Shown here piece after piece: positions 49,001-59,299 of a stretch of DNA of 64,000 nucleotides; within the stretch, counting starts at the first letter, position 1, and every line of letters begins with the position of its first letter. The stretch is from contig CBDCRW010000004.1 in NCBI GenBank assembly GCA_965221125.1, positions 704,001 through 768,000 on the forward strand, given 5' to 3'. Under the pieces are notes generated by a model, which saw only the letters and a program-made list of their open reading frames with translations, did not search any database and was not told the DNA's origin. Both the position numbers and the translations under genes were made by a program. The DNA comes from Alphaproteobacteria bacterium (GTDB lineage: Bacteria > Pseudomonadota > Alphaproteobacteria > UBA828).

Positions 49001-51313
49001 ATGGGATTGAAGCGAGCGATCATCGACGAGATGAAGGTGAAGCAGCTGCGCAAGGCGGTGCAGCAACTGGAATTGGCTGTTGATAGCTATAGGGACAAGG
49101 AATCACTTGCCGGTGCTCTCAGAAAGTCGCGTCGAGCTACAGCCGAGACGTTGGTGGAATTCCTGTCCGAGAAGGACGTAAAGCGGCTGTGCGATCGTCA
49201 GGGGGTTGAGTCGAGGGGACGTCGGCGGGAGCTGATAGCGCGGCTGTTGGAGTCAACGGGTACAGCCTCTTCAGCCGGGGACTCTGGGGAGACGCAAAGA
49301 CCAAGGGCAGGAACGAACGCAAGAAGGCGCCGGACGCGGGGCCGATCGAGTAAGGCTGCACCTGACCTCCTGTTCGGCCACAGTACGGATCGTACTGGGT
49401 TCACGCCGGCAGGAATCGCCGCGTTTTCGGATCTCAGACCGGCTGCGGTAGTGCGGGAACTCATTCAGAACTCGTTGGACGCAGCCTTGATTGAGGCTAA
49501 CGAAGCCTGCGCGGTCGTAAGGTTTGAGCGAAGTACGTGCACGTTAGAGGAAATCCCGGGAATCGAAAGTTACCGTACGGCGTTTGAGCGAGCTGTGGAG
49601 GAGCAAACTCCTTCTGGTAGTGCACGCTCCGTAGTTGAGCGGATACGGCGGACATTACTAGAGGAATCGCACGATCTGCTGTGTGTTATCGACAACGGAG
49701 TGGGGCTTGACGGCAGGCGAATGTCGGCTTTGCTGAGTGACGGGGTGAGCGACAAAGGGGGCAACGCTTCTGGGACTTTCGGCAACGGACACTCGGCGGT
49801 GCTTCCCGCATCGAACCTCCGGTATGTGATGTACGGTGGGCTAACGGCCGATGGTCGCACCTATGGTGCCGGCCAAGCGGTGCTGGCGTCGCACCGGGAC
49901 GAGGGTGATTGGCGCAGTCGATCTGGGCGCGGGGTATATCTGGAGTCATTTAAGCCTAGTGCGGTCGACGTACCGTTCACTCTGGCCTCTGAAGATGCAA
50001 TCCCGCCGATGGTCGTGTCCGCGATTAACAGGATTCGTGCTTCGTACGGACACGGGGCGGCGGTGGTTATCCCGGCGTTTAATAACTTTGAGCACGTGCA
50101 ATCTTTGCGAGAGGCAGTGTTCAAGGCAGCTAGTTTTAACTTCTTTCAGGCGATTCAGGAAGGACGTCTGGTGGTGGAGGTGGAGGATCAGGAGGAAAGC
50201 GGTGTACTCGACACGCTGAGGTTAAGGGAAGTGCTTACGCCGTATCGCGACGAAATGCGCTCTGGTCGTTCGGGTGCGTTTCTTTCCGGACGAAAGGCAA
50301 ATGAAGCCTACGAAACTCTCGTCAATGGGGAGGAACACGAGATTGAGACTACGCAGGGAAACGTAGCGGTGCGCTTGCTTTGCCGGGAAACGGGTCGGCG
50401 TAGCGTGGGGCTATGCAGGAACGGGATGTGGATTACGGATGACCTGCCGATGTTTCAGAACGCGTTTGCGGATCGACAGCCATTTCAGGCGCTGATCCTA
50501 CTCACCTCGGATCGCGAGGATGGTTTCTATGAACTAATTCGAGAGGCGGAGACGCCGCTCCACGATAAGCTGGCGCCGAAACAGATGGACCCAGTTCGAA
50601 GAAAGGCTCTTCGGGACGCGCTGCGTGAGATTCGGGATGGGATCGCGGAATTGGTCCCGCCTTCGACAGAGGACGTTTACAGCCCAAAGGACATCTTGGC
50701 CTTTCAGTTTGAAGATGTAGAGGGGCAGGGGCGAGGTGGCCGCCAGCCGTCCTTTTGGGGCCGGGTGGGAAGCACTCGACGGTCGACGCTGGTGAGGCGG
50801 AAGACAGGGAAGCGGGAGGCTGGAGGAACCGGGGAAGGCGGCGGCGGCGGAGGAGGACGCAAGAAGCGTGAGGGACGGATTGTGACGGAGCGGATATTCC
50901 GGATCGCTTCGGTGCCCACCGACGAAGGTGGGCGCACAGTTCATGTGGAATGTACAGAGGAGTTTGAGGACGCAGAATTGCGGGTATTCGTAGACGAGAA
51001 CGTGGATGCGACTTGCGATCGGCAAACACGTGCTCAGGCGGCGGCGGTGTTGCTGTCGAACGTGAAGGTGGATGGACGCCCGTTGTCTGAGGAAGAACTG
51101 ATCGGAAACGACGACGGGACTGTGGGTGCGAAGTTGGGTTGCCTGCAGGCAAATGCGCGGGTCGTGGTGGAGACCGAGTATGCGATACCTGCAGCGGCTA
51201 TGCGTCTCCCAAGTGGACAAGAGCCCGCACTTCGGTTCGAGGTACAAAGCAGTCGACGGGTTTCATCCAAGGACAGTAGCGAAATTGATGACGAGGTGCT
51301 GTCCGATGGATGA
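49001..51313 (+). CDS. GHKL-fold ATPase-like protein with N-terminal SAP-like domain
   Basis: LCDRQGVESRGRRRELIARL (SAP-like); N-box RELIQNSLDA, G1 IDNGVGL, G2 GTFGNG. Confidence 0.78.
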   Translation: MGLKRAIIDEMKVKQLRKAVQQLELAVDSYRDKESLAGALRKSRRATAETLVEFLSEKDVKRLCDRQGVESRGRRRELIARLLESTGTASSAGDSGETQRPRAGTNARRRRTRGRSSKAAPDLLFGHSTDRTGFTPAGIAAFSDLRPAAVVRELIQNSLDAALIEANEACAVVRFERSTCTLEEIPGIESYRTAFERAVEEQTPSGSARSVVERIRRTLLEESHDLLCVIDNGVGLDGRRMSALLSDGVSDKGGNASGTFGNGHSAVLPASNLRYVMYGGLTADGRTYGAGQAVLASHRDEGDWRSRSGRGVYLESFKPSAVDVPFTLASEDAIPPMVVSAINRIRASYGHGAAVVIPAFNNFEHVQSLREAVFKAASFNFFQAIQEGRLVVEVEDQEESGVLDTLRLREVLTPYRDEMRSGRSGAFLSGRKANEAYETLVNGEEHEIETTQGNVAVRLLCRETGRRSVGLCRNGMWITDDLPMFQNAFADRQPFQALILLTSDREDGFYELIREAETPLHDKLAPKQMDPVRRKALRDALREIRDGIAELVPPSTEDVYSPKDILAFQFEDVEGQGRGGRQPSFWGRVGSTRRSTLVRRKTGKREAGGTGEGGGGGGGRKKREGRIVTERIFRIASVPTDEGGRTVHVECTEEFEDAELRVFVDENVDATCDRQTRAQAAAVLLSNVKVDGRPLSEEELIGNDDGTVGAKLGCLQANARVVVETEYAIPAAAMRLPSGQEPALRFEVQSSRRVSSKDSSEIDDEVLSDG

Positions 51314-52169
51314 GGTTGTGACAGAGGCGAGATCGCCAAATGCCGCGGTTCGGGGGCATGCGTTTCCGTCGCTGGAGTCGGGAAATACCTCTTTTCCGGA
51401 TGGACGATACGTAGTGGGATTCGAAGCTGGGGCTGACGCGAGTTCGTTTACTGTGAGGCATCGCATTGAGGGGGCTCCGCTGATTAACGACGTGATTACA
51501 GGCGGGCTCGCACAGTTCGTCTGCACGGTGGCCTCCCCAAACTCTTCGTATCGAGTAAGCCATGTGTCGGATGCCAGCTCCCACGTGATTGGTTGGCAAA
51601 GCGTGGATCTTGGCGAGCCGCCGATGTTCACGCCGATGGTAGTTGTTGCAAAACCGTTTACAAGGACGCTGGAATCGGCAAGAGACGGTGTCCACGAGCT
51701 CTGGCACGGTCGGACAGTCGCATTCCAACGAGGCATGAGGCTTGCGTTGAGCGATGTCGTGCTGATGCGTTCATCGGTTTTGAATATGTTGCTGTTCGAG
51801 CGGGATCCCGCGCTTTCAAATGGCGAGTTCCGTGTTGAGGCGGAGGATCGAGAGGGATTTCGATTTCGTGCGTATCTTGCCCCCGATCTTCACCAATTCC
51901 TAAGGTATGACACTGAAGACTTGCGGCGAAGTCACATCGTAACGCACATAGTGAGCGCGTGCTTTGGCGTGCTGAAGGCGGATTATGCGGAAGACGAGGA
52001 GGAAGACGGCGGTTGGCGGTCCTATCGCGGTCTCCAGGCTTTGGGGGAGATGTTGAAGGAACACGGTTTGCCGCACTGGTCAGAGGACGACTTCTCGCCG
52101 GAGTTGGCTGCCACCAAACTTTACCCGCACCGGGTCGATGAATCTCCCGGTTCAGCCGGAGAGGACTGA
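51306..52169 (+). CDS. Hypothetical protein
   Basis: Start overlaps the previous stop; beta-rich N-terminus after HAFPSL. Confidence 0.8.
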   Translation: MDEVVTEARSPNAAVRGHAFPSLESGNTSFPDGRYVVGFEAGADASSFTVRHRIEGAPLINDVITGGLAQFVCTVASPNSSYRVSHVSDASSHVIGWQSVDLGEPPMFTPMVVVAKPFTRTLESARDGVHELWHGRTVAFQRGMRLALSDVVLMRSSVLNMLLFERDPALSNGEFRVEAEDREGFRFRAYLAPDLHQFLRYDTEDLRRSHIVTHIVSACFGVLKADYAEDEEEDGGWRSYRGLQALGEMLKEHGLPHWSEDDFSPELAATKLYPHRVDESPGSAGED

Positions 52170-52177
52170 GACAATCC

Positions 52178-53056
52178 GTGTACGCTGAGTTCGATGATGC
52201 GGGATACACCAAACTACGTCGATCGCTGATCCGAAAGGCGGCCAAGGGTTCTATTGCTCAACGGTCGTTTCTTGAGGCGGTACGCGATACCGGTAGGTTT
52301 TTGGCGCACATGAAGGACGTCGTAGGCGTACAGGAAGGTGAGGAACTGGAGCCGCTGGCGGATCGAATGTCGGAGGCAGAGTTCGGGAATCCACCTTCTG
52401 ACACCGAGCGGCGCCTGTTCGAGGCCTGGGGTGGGTTGACACCGAGAGTTGCTTGTCGAACGGCATTTTGGGCACGCGTGACCTACCGGCACATTGAGAA
52501 CGGGCGGATAGAATCATCGTTCTTAGCGGCCAATGGTGGTGGCAACGTGAGCGGCGTACAGCGCATCGATGAAGCATTGAGTTCCACTGGCGAGAAAGCG
52601 ACTTTGGAGCTGGATAGATGCGTACGAACGGTGCTCAGGCGGCTCGGTGGATTGCCTGAGGCGCGCGGGAATCGATCAGTCTACGTGAACTGCCCACTAG
52701 CACGGGCTTGGTGGCGGGAACGTTTGGTCGCGGAGATGGCGGGGGACGATGGTGACGATCTGGAACGGCAGATTCGCGCCGTGGTGCATCCCGAGAGCCA
52801 ACAATATTGGGAAGAGTTGGTAACTTTCGTTGTGTCGAGAAACTCGGTGTTCGGTTCGGTATCGGTTCGAGACACCTTAATTCGCACCCTCGCCATGGTC
52901 TTGGATGATAATCCTGATTCGCCAGTGCGAACGGCTGATGAACTAAGGCGTGTATGCCGATCTGTGAGCTCCATACAGGCGTCGGTCGAACTGAGTGTCG
53001 TGCCACCCCAGGAGGTGCAAACCATGATGCGGGGAATTGTCGAGGCTGTGGCGTAG
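52178..53056 (+). CDS. Hypothetical helical protein (possibly DUF6339-like)
   Basis: AFWA..T and LARAWW motifs; last gene of operon; family by resemblance only. Confidence 0.7.
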   Translation: MYAEFDDAGYTKLRRSLIRKAAKGSIAQRSFLEAVRDTGRFLAHMKDVVGVQEGEELEPLADRMSEAEFGNPPSDTERRLFEAWGGLTPRVACRTAFWARVTYRHIENGRIESSFLAANGGGNVSGVQRIDEALSSTGEKATLELDRCVRTVLRRLGGLPEARGNRSVYVNCPLARAWWRERLVAEMAGDDGDDLERQIRAVVHPESQQYWEELVTFVVSRNSVFGSVSVRDTLIRTLAMVLDDNPDSPVRTADELRRVCRSVSSIQASVELSVVPPQEVQTMMRGIVEAVA

Positions 53057-53067
53057 ACTGTGGGGGC

Positions 53068-54252
53068 TCATTGCACCGTGGTTTTGTCAGCACTCTGAAC
53101 GGACGACAGGTTCCCACCGATGCTCCCGGTGATCCGCGCGGCAGCGTTCTGGATGGAATCTCGGGCGAGGTGAGCGTACCGGGCGGTGGTCTGCACCTGC
53201 GTGTGACCGAGCAGCTTCCCGATCATGGTCAGGCTCTCGCCGAGCGCCAGCGCCCTCGAAGCATACGAATGACGAAGGTCGTGAATTCGCACGTCCTCCA
53301 GACCGGCGCGAGCGCGGATGCGGCGCCAGGGGCGCTGGAGATCGGTGATGTGGGAGCCCGGCAGCCTGCCGCGGATGACCCAGGGGTTGTCCTCCTCGCG
53401 GGGCACGGCCGCCAGCACGGCGCGGGCCTCGGGTCCGAGCGGCACGACCCGTCCGCCGGTCTTCGCGTCGGGGAGTTCGATGCAGTCGTCCTTGACGTAT
53501 TCCCAGCGCAAGAACTGGATCTCCGATAGCCGGCAGCCGGTCAGCAGCAGCAGACGGAAGGCGGCGACTGCGGAGGGCATCTCGCTCTCGGCCTCGGCGA
53601 GAACCTCGCCCAGGCGCTCGGTCTCCTCGGGCGAGAGGAACCGCTCGCGCTTGCTCTCCTTGTAGCGCTTGACGTGACGGCAGGGATTGGACCCGTCCGG
53701 CCGCAGGCCCCAGATTTCGGCGAGCGAGAACATCTTGGAGAGCACGCCGAGCGTCCGGTTCGCCTGGTAGGGCTTGTCGCGAAGGTCGAAGTGCAGCTTG
53801 GCGATGTCCTTGCGCTCCACGCCGGCGATCCGCATCTCGCCGATCGCGGGGTCGATGAACAGCTCCACCGACCGCCGGTATTCCCCCTGGGTGCTGGGCT
53901 TGCAATGGACGGGGACATACTCCTCGAGGAAGCGCCTGCCGAGATCGGCCATGACCGGCTCGGCCTCCGGCTTCGCGTCGGCATCGCGCGGGTCGATGCC
54001 CTTCTTCGCCTGGGCCAGGATCTCCAGCGCCGCGGCTCTCGCCTCGTCGGCGGTGATGCGCCCGTGCTGGCCGATGGTGAACCAGCGCAGCTTGCCGCGG
54101 ACGCGGGTCTGAAGGACGTAGTTCTTCCGACCCGACTTCCGGACGCGGAGGCCGAAGCCGGTCAGCTCCCCGTCCCAGTAGATAGTATCGGCGCCGTTGG
54201 CCTTGACGGCCTCGACGGCGCGTCTGGTGAGCTTGGGGATGCGGTTTGGCAT
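53068..54252 (-). CDS. Tyrosine integrase (island 3)
   Basis: TGCRLSE, IHDLRHSYAS, LLGHTQVQTTARY; adjacent to att 3. Confidence 0.95.
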   Translation of the reverse strand: MPNRIPKLTRRAVEAVKANGADTIYWDGELTGFGLRVRKSGRKNYVLQTRVRGKLRWFTIGQHGRITADEARAAALEILAQAKKGIDPRDADAKPEAEPVMADLGRRFLEEYVPVHCKPSTQGEYRRSVELFIDPAIGEMRIAGVERKDIAKLHFDLRDKPYQANRTLGVLSKMFSLAEIWGLRPDGSNPCRHVKRYKESKRERFLSPEETERLGEVLAEAESEMPSAVAAFRLLLLTGCRLSEIQFLRWEYVKDDCIELPDAKTGGRVVPLGPEARAVLAAVPREEDNPWVIRGRLPGSHITDLQRPWRRIRARAGLEDVRIHDLRHSYASRALALGESLTMIGKLLGHTQVQTTARYAHLARDSIQNAAARITGSIGGNLSSVQSADKTTVQ

Positions 54253-54292
54253 GGGACAAAATTCTTGACGTTGGAAGAGCAGTCTAGCAAGC

Positions 54293-54312
54293 TGGCAAAC
54301 TATTGGCAAACA
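54293..54312 (+). promoter_or_regulatory. Putative arm-type sites of integrase 3, right end
   Basis: TGGCAAACTATTGGCAAACA identical to 23918-23937. Confidence 0.7.
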
Positions 54313-54441
54313 CTTTGGATGGTTTCGCAGCGCAGGAAAGGCGGCGCATGCGTCCGCAAAAATTATGAAAAGGCCAATATATCAGCAGTTTGTCAACATT
54401 CAGTCGTCGTCAGCGCATCTGAGACGCAGTTTGTGGTCACA

Positions 54442-54486
<45 letters not shown>

Positions 54487-54488
54487 CA

Positions 54489-54530
54489 GAAAACGCCGCT
54501 GATCCAATGGATTAGCGGCGTTTTCATTTT
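54489..54530 (+). terminator. Intrinsic terminator after att 3
   Basis: GAAAACGCCGCTGATCC / GGATTAGCGGCGTTTTC stem, T-rich tail. Confidence 0.75.
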
Positions 54531-54880
54531 CGGAAGGATTCTTCCGAAACGCAGTTCGGAATGCATTCGGAATGGAATCTGCGGGAACGCAGGAGGACAC
54601 CAGAGCATATGGGACCACGAAATCGGGGATTATTGGATTATGGCGACATGGTGACGGCGAGGGCGGCCAGCACGGAGGAATCTCCTAACGTGGGCGCGCT
54701 GCTGGTCCGAGCGATCGCCTCTCGCGTCTGCTTGCGAGCAGCTCACTATCGCGTGCGGCCTTTCGGCGGACTCTAGTTGCCCGATTGCGGAGTTCCTCAC
54801 GCCGAATCGGGCGGGCGACAAGCGTCTATGCCAACGCGCTGATGACCGCGTTTCAGGTTGTCCGTTCTCGAACACTACCT

Positions 54881-56104
54881 CTACCCGTTGCGCCGATTAC
54901 GTTCCGCCTCTGCCATTTTTGGCGTGAAGACGGTGAATGTGTCCTGCATGATCGTCTTGTCCGCGCAGGGGTGATGCAGGCCCAACAGGTCGTTTTCACC
55001 AATTACCCGATATACCGTGTAGCCCTCGCCCACACCCTTCAGGCACATTGGAGTGATGTCTTTCTTGACGTACCGGAGGGTGTGATCGAAGCGGGTGGAC
55101 GAGCCCCCTCGGTCGAGCGGACATTCGATCATGGCCCTTTGCAAGCCGGTGCCGTCCAGGCCCTCTTCCGACTCTTCCGAACGGTCAACGACTCTTTCGA
55201 ATAGTGCTCGGCCTACAGTGACAACGCACGGCAGGGCGAATTTGGTCGCTCGGAAGAATCGATCCACCTCCCAACCGATGTAATCGGTTCGAAATGCCGT
55301 GATTAGCCGTCTCCCATCTGCCATGAGGCTGCCTGCGTGGAGGCGGTTCCCCAGCTCGATGAAGTCCTCGTTGTTCGAGCTTTCCCCGGTACCGATGATT
55401 TCCGGCAGGCGCTCCGTCACGAAATCGCACCGTGGCCCGCTGACCTCGAAGGCGTCGTCCAGAATGTCCATATAGAACTTGAGCGGCAGATTCCTGATCT
55501 CGAACGGTCGGTCGCCAGGCTCTTCGTCGTCCGCGGCGGACGTCCAAAAGATCGCACGGCCGGCGACAGCGAGGGCGGAATGGAACAGGCGGGCTGCCAA
55601 AGACCGCAGCTTCCACAACTCGTCCTCGCCGACCTCGTACAGCAGCCAGATCTCGTCTCCGATGCCCTTGACCACAAAGGCATGCTTCCAATCCCAATCC
55701 AGCCCGCAGTGCCCGTCTTGAAACAGCTGCGTGTAGAATCTCCACTCTGACAGCAGGAATTGCCGGTGGAACGCCTTGTACCATTCGGCTAGTTCCTCGT
55801 CGTTGCGCGCGCACGCCCTCATTGTCGCCTTTGCCTCCGTGGAGCCGCAGACGTCCATCGAGATCGATATCACCGTCGTTCGACCGCGGCTCTCCTCCTT
55901 TGGTTCGGGTCCGGGCAATTGCGCACGCAACTCCTGGAGGAGGCCACGACGTTCGGGTTCGGGCTCCCGGCTTGCCATGAAGTCGAGGCACCTCGCCATC
56001 CGCTCCCGATCGTTCGGGGATGTCACAGCAGCTTCGGCAGCACATGCTGCGAGCGCGGCGTCCCTGCTGACTTCGTCGTCTCCAGATCTCCCGTGCACCG
56101 CCAT
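54881..56104 (-). CDS. Class III nucleotidyl cyclase-like protein
   Basis: SMDVCGST (first Asp), VKGIGDEIW (second Asp), DYIGWEVDRFFR, LKGVG. Confidence 0.6.
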   Translation of the reverse strand: MAVHGRSGDDEVSRDAALAACAAEAAVTSPNDRERMARCLDFMASREPEPERRGLLQELRAQLPGPEPKEESRGRTTVISISMDVCGSTEAKATMRACARNDEELAEWYKAFHRQFLLSEWRFYTQLFQDGHCGLDWDWKHAFVVKGIGDEIWLLYEVGEDELWKLRSLAARLFHSALAVAGRAIFWTSAADDEEPGDRPFEIRNLPLKFYMDILDDAFEVSGPRCDFVTERLPEIIGTGESSNNEDFIELGNRLHAGSLMADGRRLITAFRTDYIGWEVDRFFRATKFALPCVVTVGRALFERVVDRSEESEEGLDGTGLQRAMIECPLDRGGSSTRFDHTLRYVKKDITPMCLKGVGEGYTVYRVIGENDLLGLHHPCADKTIMQDTFTVFTPKMAEAERNRRNG

Positions 56105-56108
56105 GGCC

Positions 56109-57371
56109 TCAAGGGCGATCCAGGAATGGGGCCCTTTTGGGCGAAGTGCCTCGACAATGTCTGCAGTCTCCGATGCGCGACCAGTACGTGGCCGCCGTCG
56201 GGCGCACGAGCTTCGCGAAGTCGATGTCGAGCCGGGCCACCGTGGCTTCGAGCTCGGGCCGGGCCTGGGGCTCGAAGGCGAGCTGGCCCTTCACCGTGCG
56301 CGCGACGCAGGCCGCGAACAGCGCCTGCTTGTCGGGCTCGGGCAAGGCCCTGAGCGCCGCGAAGGATTCGCCATCGTCTGCGATTGTCAGCCAGTCGAAC
56401 GGCAGGTGCGAGCGGTCCGCCAGCATCGCCTCGCCCGGCGACCAGTCCGCGAAATCCTCGTCGTTCATGCGGATGTTGGGCCGGTCCGGGGTCTCCTTGA
56501 CCGCGATGTCGAGGGCGTGGTCGTGGTAGCCCGGCGCGAACACCGAGCGGCCCATCTGGAACAGCGCGAGGTCGAAGGCGGCCTCGAAGTCGCCGGCGAG
56601 ATAGGCCTTGATGAGCGCGGTGCGGATCGCGCGCTGGTCGTCGGCGTGGCCGATGCCGACGCCCGCCTCCTTGCGCGCCTCGGCCTCGCGGTCCCTGGGC
56701 GACGCCATCGGCGTCGAGACGGACGGACCGGAGGTGTGAACGCCATGACCGGCAGTGTGGACGTCGTGGGCAGCTGCGTCCGGGTCGTGGCCATTGCCGG
56801 CCGAGGTTGCCGCGCTGCCGGGCCCCGCCTGCTTCGGCATGTCCTCGGGCTTCACCAGCCCCTGAACGACCTGAAGCGAGCCGTCCTGGGCGACGGTGAC
56901 GATGCAGCCCGCCATGCGGTGGACGATCGAGCGGTCCTGCTCGCGGTTGCCACAGGCGATGATCGCCGCCCCGGGCGGAGCCTCGTACTCGCCGATCTTG
57001 CGCTCCAGGCAGAACTGGAAAAGCGCGACCTGCACCATGGGGACGGAGGACGGGAGCTCGTCGAGGTTGACGAGGAACTGCGAGACGCTGTCGGTCGGCG
57101 GAAGGAATCCGGGCGGCGCCCAGCGTGTGCGGCCGTGCTCGTCGCGCCACGGGATGCCGCGCAGGTCCACGGGATCGAGGAGGGGGCCGCGGATGTCGAT
57201 GTACTCGTAGCCGAGCCGGTCGGCGGTCTGGTTCGCGACCTGACTCTTTCCGGTTCCCGGGCCGCCCCAGACCATGCAGGGCTGGCGGGCCTTGACCAGG
57301 GTGGCGAGGACTTCGGCGAGCTCGCTCGGGCGCAGCGTGTAGTCGGCGGAGATGGTTTCGGGAAGGGTCAT
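56109..57371 (-). pseudogene. Deletion fusion of MoxR AAA N-half and C-terminal part of ParB-like protein
   Basis: GGPGTGKS...ACGNRE..VHRM joins directly to AGCIVTVAQDGSLQVVQGLVKPED, which matches the late part of the 29265 ORF. Confidence 0.78.
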
Positions 57372-57628
57372 GGGCGGTCTCCGGATGGCGGGGAAGCGGG
57401 GCGGCCCGGACATCCTCCGAGCCTCGTCTGAACGCGCCCCGGAAGGGCCCACTCCCCTCCCGTGGGAGTTGCGGCAGGCGGGAGAAGCGGGTTACGCGCG
57501 TGGAGGGCGACCGGGCGAGAGTCGGGGCAAGGGCTGGTGGACAGCAGTGGCCGGTCGCGAGGGCGTCGAAACGGTCGGTAGTGCCAGGCCCATTGCCGCC
57601 CCGGCAGGCAGGGTGCTAGATATCGGCC

Positions 57629-57919
57629 ATGCGAACCTGGAGCGACAACATCGAGGCCGTCGCGCGCGCCCTCTGCGAGAAGATGCTGGCGCATGACGGC
57701 GTCAGCGAGGAGCAGCTCGCCGCCGACGTCGACATGTGGTGGCACCAGGTAGCGGCGGAACTTGAGTGCGGGGTCATCGACGAGGCCGGCGAGTATGTCG
57801 GCGGCGAGATCGACGTGAAGCGCAAGATGGCCGGCTACCGCGACTGGATGCGCCGCCATCCCGGGAGCCGCGCGGTCTGGGAGACCGCCCGACACGGGGC
57901 GCCGCTACCTCGAAACTGA
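57629..57919 (+). CDS. Hypothetical protein (96 aa)
   Basis: Globular-looking ORF between the PAPS-reductase and AAA genes. Confidence 0.55.
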   Translation: MRTWSDNIEAVARALCEKMLAHDGVSEEQLAADVDMWWHQVAAELECGVIDEAGEYVGGEIDVKRKMAGYRDWMRRHPGSRAVWETARHGAPLPRN

Positions 57920-58762
57920 GGCGGCTCGGAACCGCGCCGGGCGGTCCCCATTCAGGCCTCGGGGCGGGAGCGGCGTGGGTACGGCGCCGTCGACCGGAAT
58001 GCCCGTCAGCTCCGGCAGAAACTTCCGCGTGGGCGAGAGCGTGTGGGCGATTCGCCGTTCGAGTTGCGCGTATTTCGCGTAGAGGCCCGGACGAAGCTCA
58101 GCGGCGCGTCGCAGATCGCCGCGGGACGCCAGGATGCAGAAGCTGCAACTCAGCCTCGACATGCCGGCGGCGTAGGCCCGGTGCGGCGATTGGCCGGCGT
58201 GACGGATGACGCGGAACACTTCTTCCGTCGAGAGATCGAAAACCGGCAGCCAGTCGAAGACCTCGCGGCCCGCGACGCTCATTCGCTCGTTGCGCCGCCA
58301 GCGCGTCTTCCTGGCGCGCGCCGGGCTTTCCTCCGCGCGCATGCCCATGGCGTTGACGAGCCGCCCGCCGAAGCGGGGATGGGTCTTAAGATAGCGGCGC
58401 AACTCGCGCTGGATCGGGCCAGCCTTGTAATCGCTGGTACACCATCGCGCCGAATTCGAGGGCCAGAGACCCCGTTCCTCGACCCGTTCGAGCAAGGTCT
58501 TGCCGGACGCGACGGGGGCGAATATCAGCGGCACGCCAGCGGGAAGCGTTGCCTCGATATGCTCGATGGTGCCCGGCCACTCGACCTCGCCGAGCGGGGC
58601 GTGAACGGCCACGATCTGGTCGCGGGGAACGATCCGGGACAGCAGGATCGTCATCGCCTGCGAGTCCTTGCCACCGCTGGTGTTGATGGCGACGAGGGCA
58701 CCGGCCCGGATCATTTGGTTGCACCGCGGCGGCACGGGAACATCGGCGATGCGGCTGGACAT
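57905..58762 (-). CDS. PAPS-reductase-family (PP-loop) protein
   Basis: TSGGKDSQ, RWCTSDYK, GMRAEESPAR, GMSRLSCSFC. Confidence 0.9.
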   Translation of the reverse strand: MSSRIADVPVPPRCNQMIRAGALVAINTSGGKDSQAMTILLSRIVPRDQIVAVHAPLGEVEWPGTIEHIEATLPAGVPLIFAPVASGKTLLERVEERGLWPSNSARWCTSDYKAGPIQRELRRYLKTHPRFGGRLVNAMGMRAEESPARARKTRWRRNERMSVAGREVFDWLPVFDLSTEEVFRVIRHAGQSPHRAYAAGMSRLSCSFCILASRGDLRRAAELRPGLYAKYAQLERRIAHTLSPTRKFLPELTGIPVDGAVPTPLPPRGLNGDRPARFRAASVSR

Positions 58763-59014
58763 GGATCGGCCTCTCCGGTGGCGACGCGGGGTCCGCTCTT
58801 CGGCCCCCTGGAATCGCCCGGAGGACGCCGGCCTCGAACGCCTGACGCCGAACCGCAGGACCATGCCGTGCGAAACGCCGGAGGCGCCGCTCGGGCAGGA
58901 TGGGCGCGGAATGACCGCTGCCGGAATCGAAATGGCCGGCGCTTCGTGCTAACCGTGGGCGCCGGCCTCGGCTATGGTCTGTAGGGAGAACTGGACAACG
59001 CAGGGAGAGAGCGG

Positions 59015-59299
59015 GTGAACAAGACGGAGATTGCGGGCCGCGTGGCCGACCGGATCGGAGTCGGACGCTCGGCGGCCGGGGACGCAGTGGATGCCGTGTT
59101 CGAGGCGATTGGGGAGGCCCTGGCCATGGGCGAGGACGTGCGAATCGTCGGCTTCGGTACCTTCGGCACACGGAGCCGATCCGCCCGCACCGGACGCAAT
59201 CCGAGGACCGGAGAGAGCCTGAACATTGCCGCCTCGACCACGCCGACCTTCAAGGCCGGCAAGCCGTTGCGGGACGCCGTGAACGCAGGCGGGTCGTGA
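59015..59299 (+). CDS. HU family DNA-binding protein
   Basis: MNKTE, GFGTF, ARTGRNPRTGE, PTFKAGKPLRDAVN. Confidence 0.93.
   Translation: MNKTEIAGRVADRIGVGRSAAGDAVDAVFEAIGEALAMGEDVRIVGFGTFGTRSRSARTGRNPRTGESLNIAASTTPTFKAGKPLRDAVNAGGS

Noticed and set aside
42712-53056. Canonical Dnd, Ssp or BREX annotation
   Set aside because: No recognisable DndB/DndE, SspB/SspE, PglZ or BrxL; the ATPase (373 aa) is far shorter than SspC or BrxC
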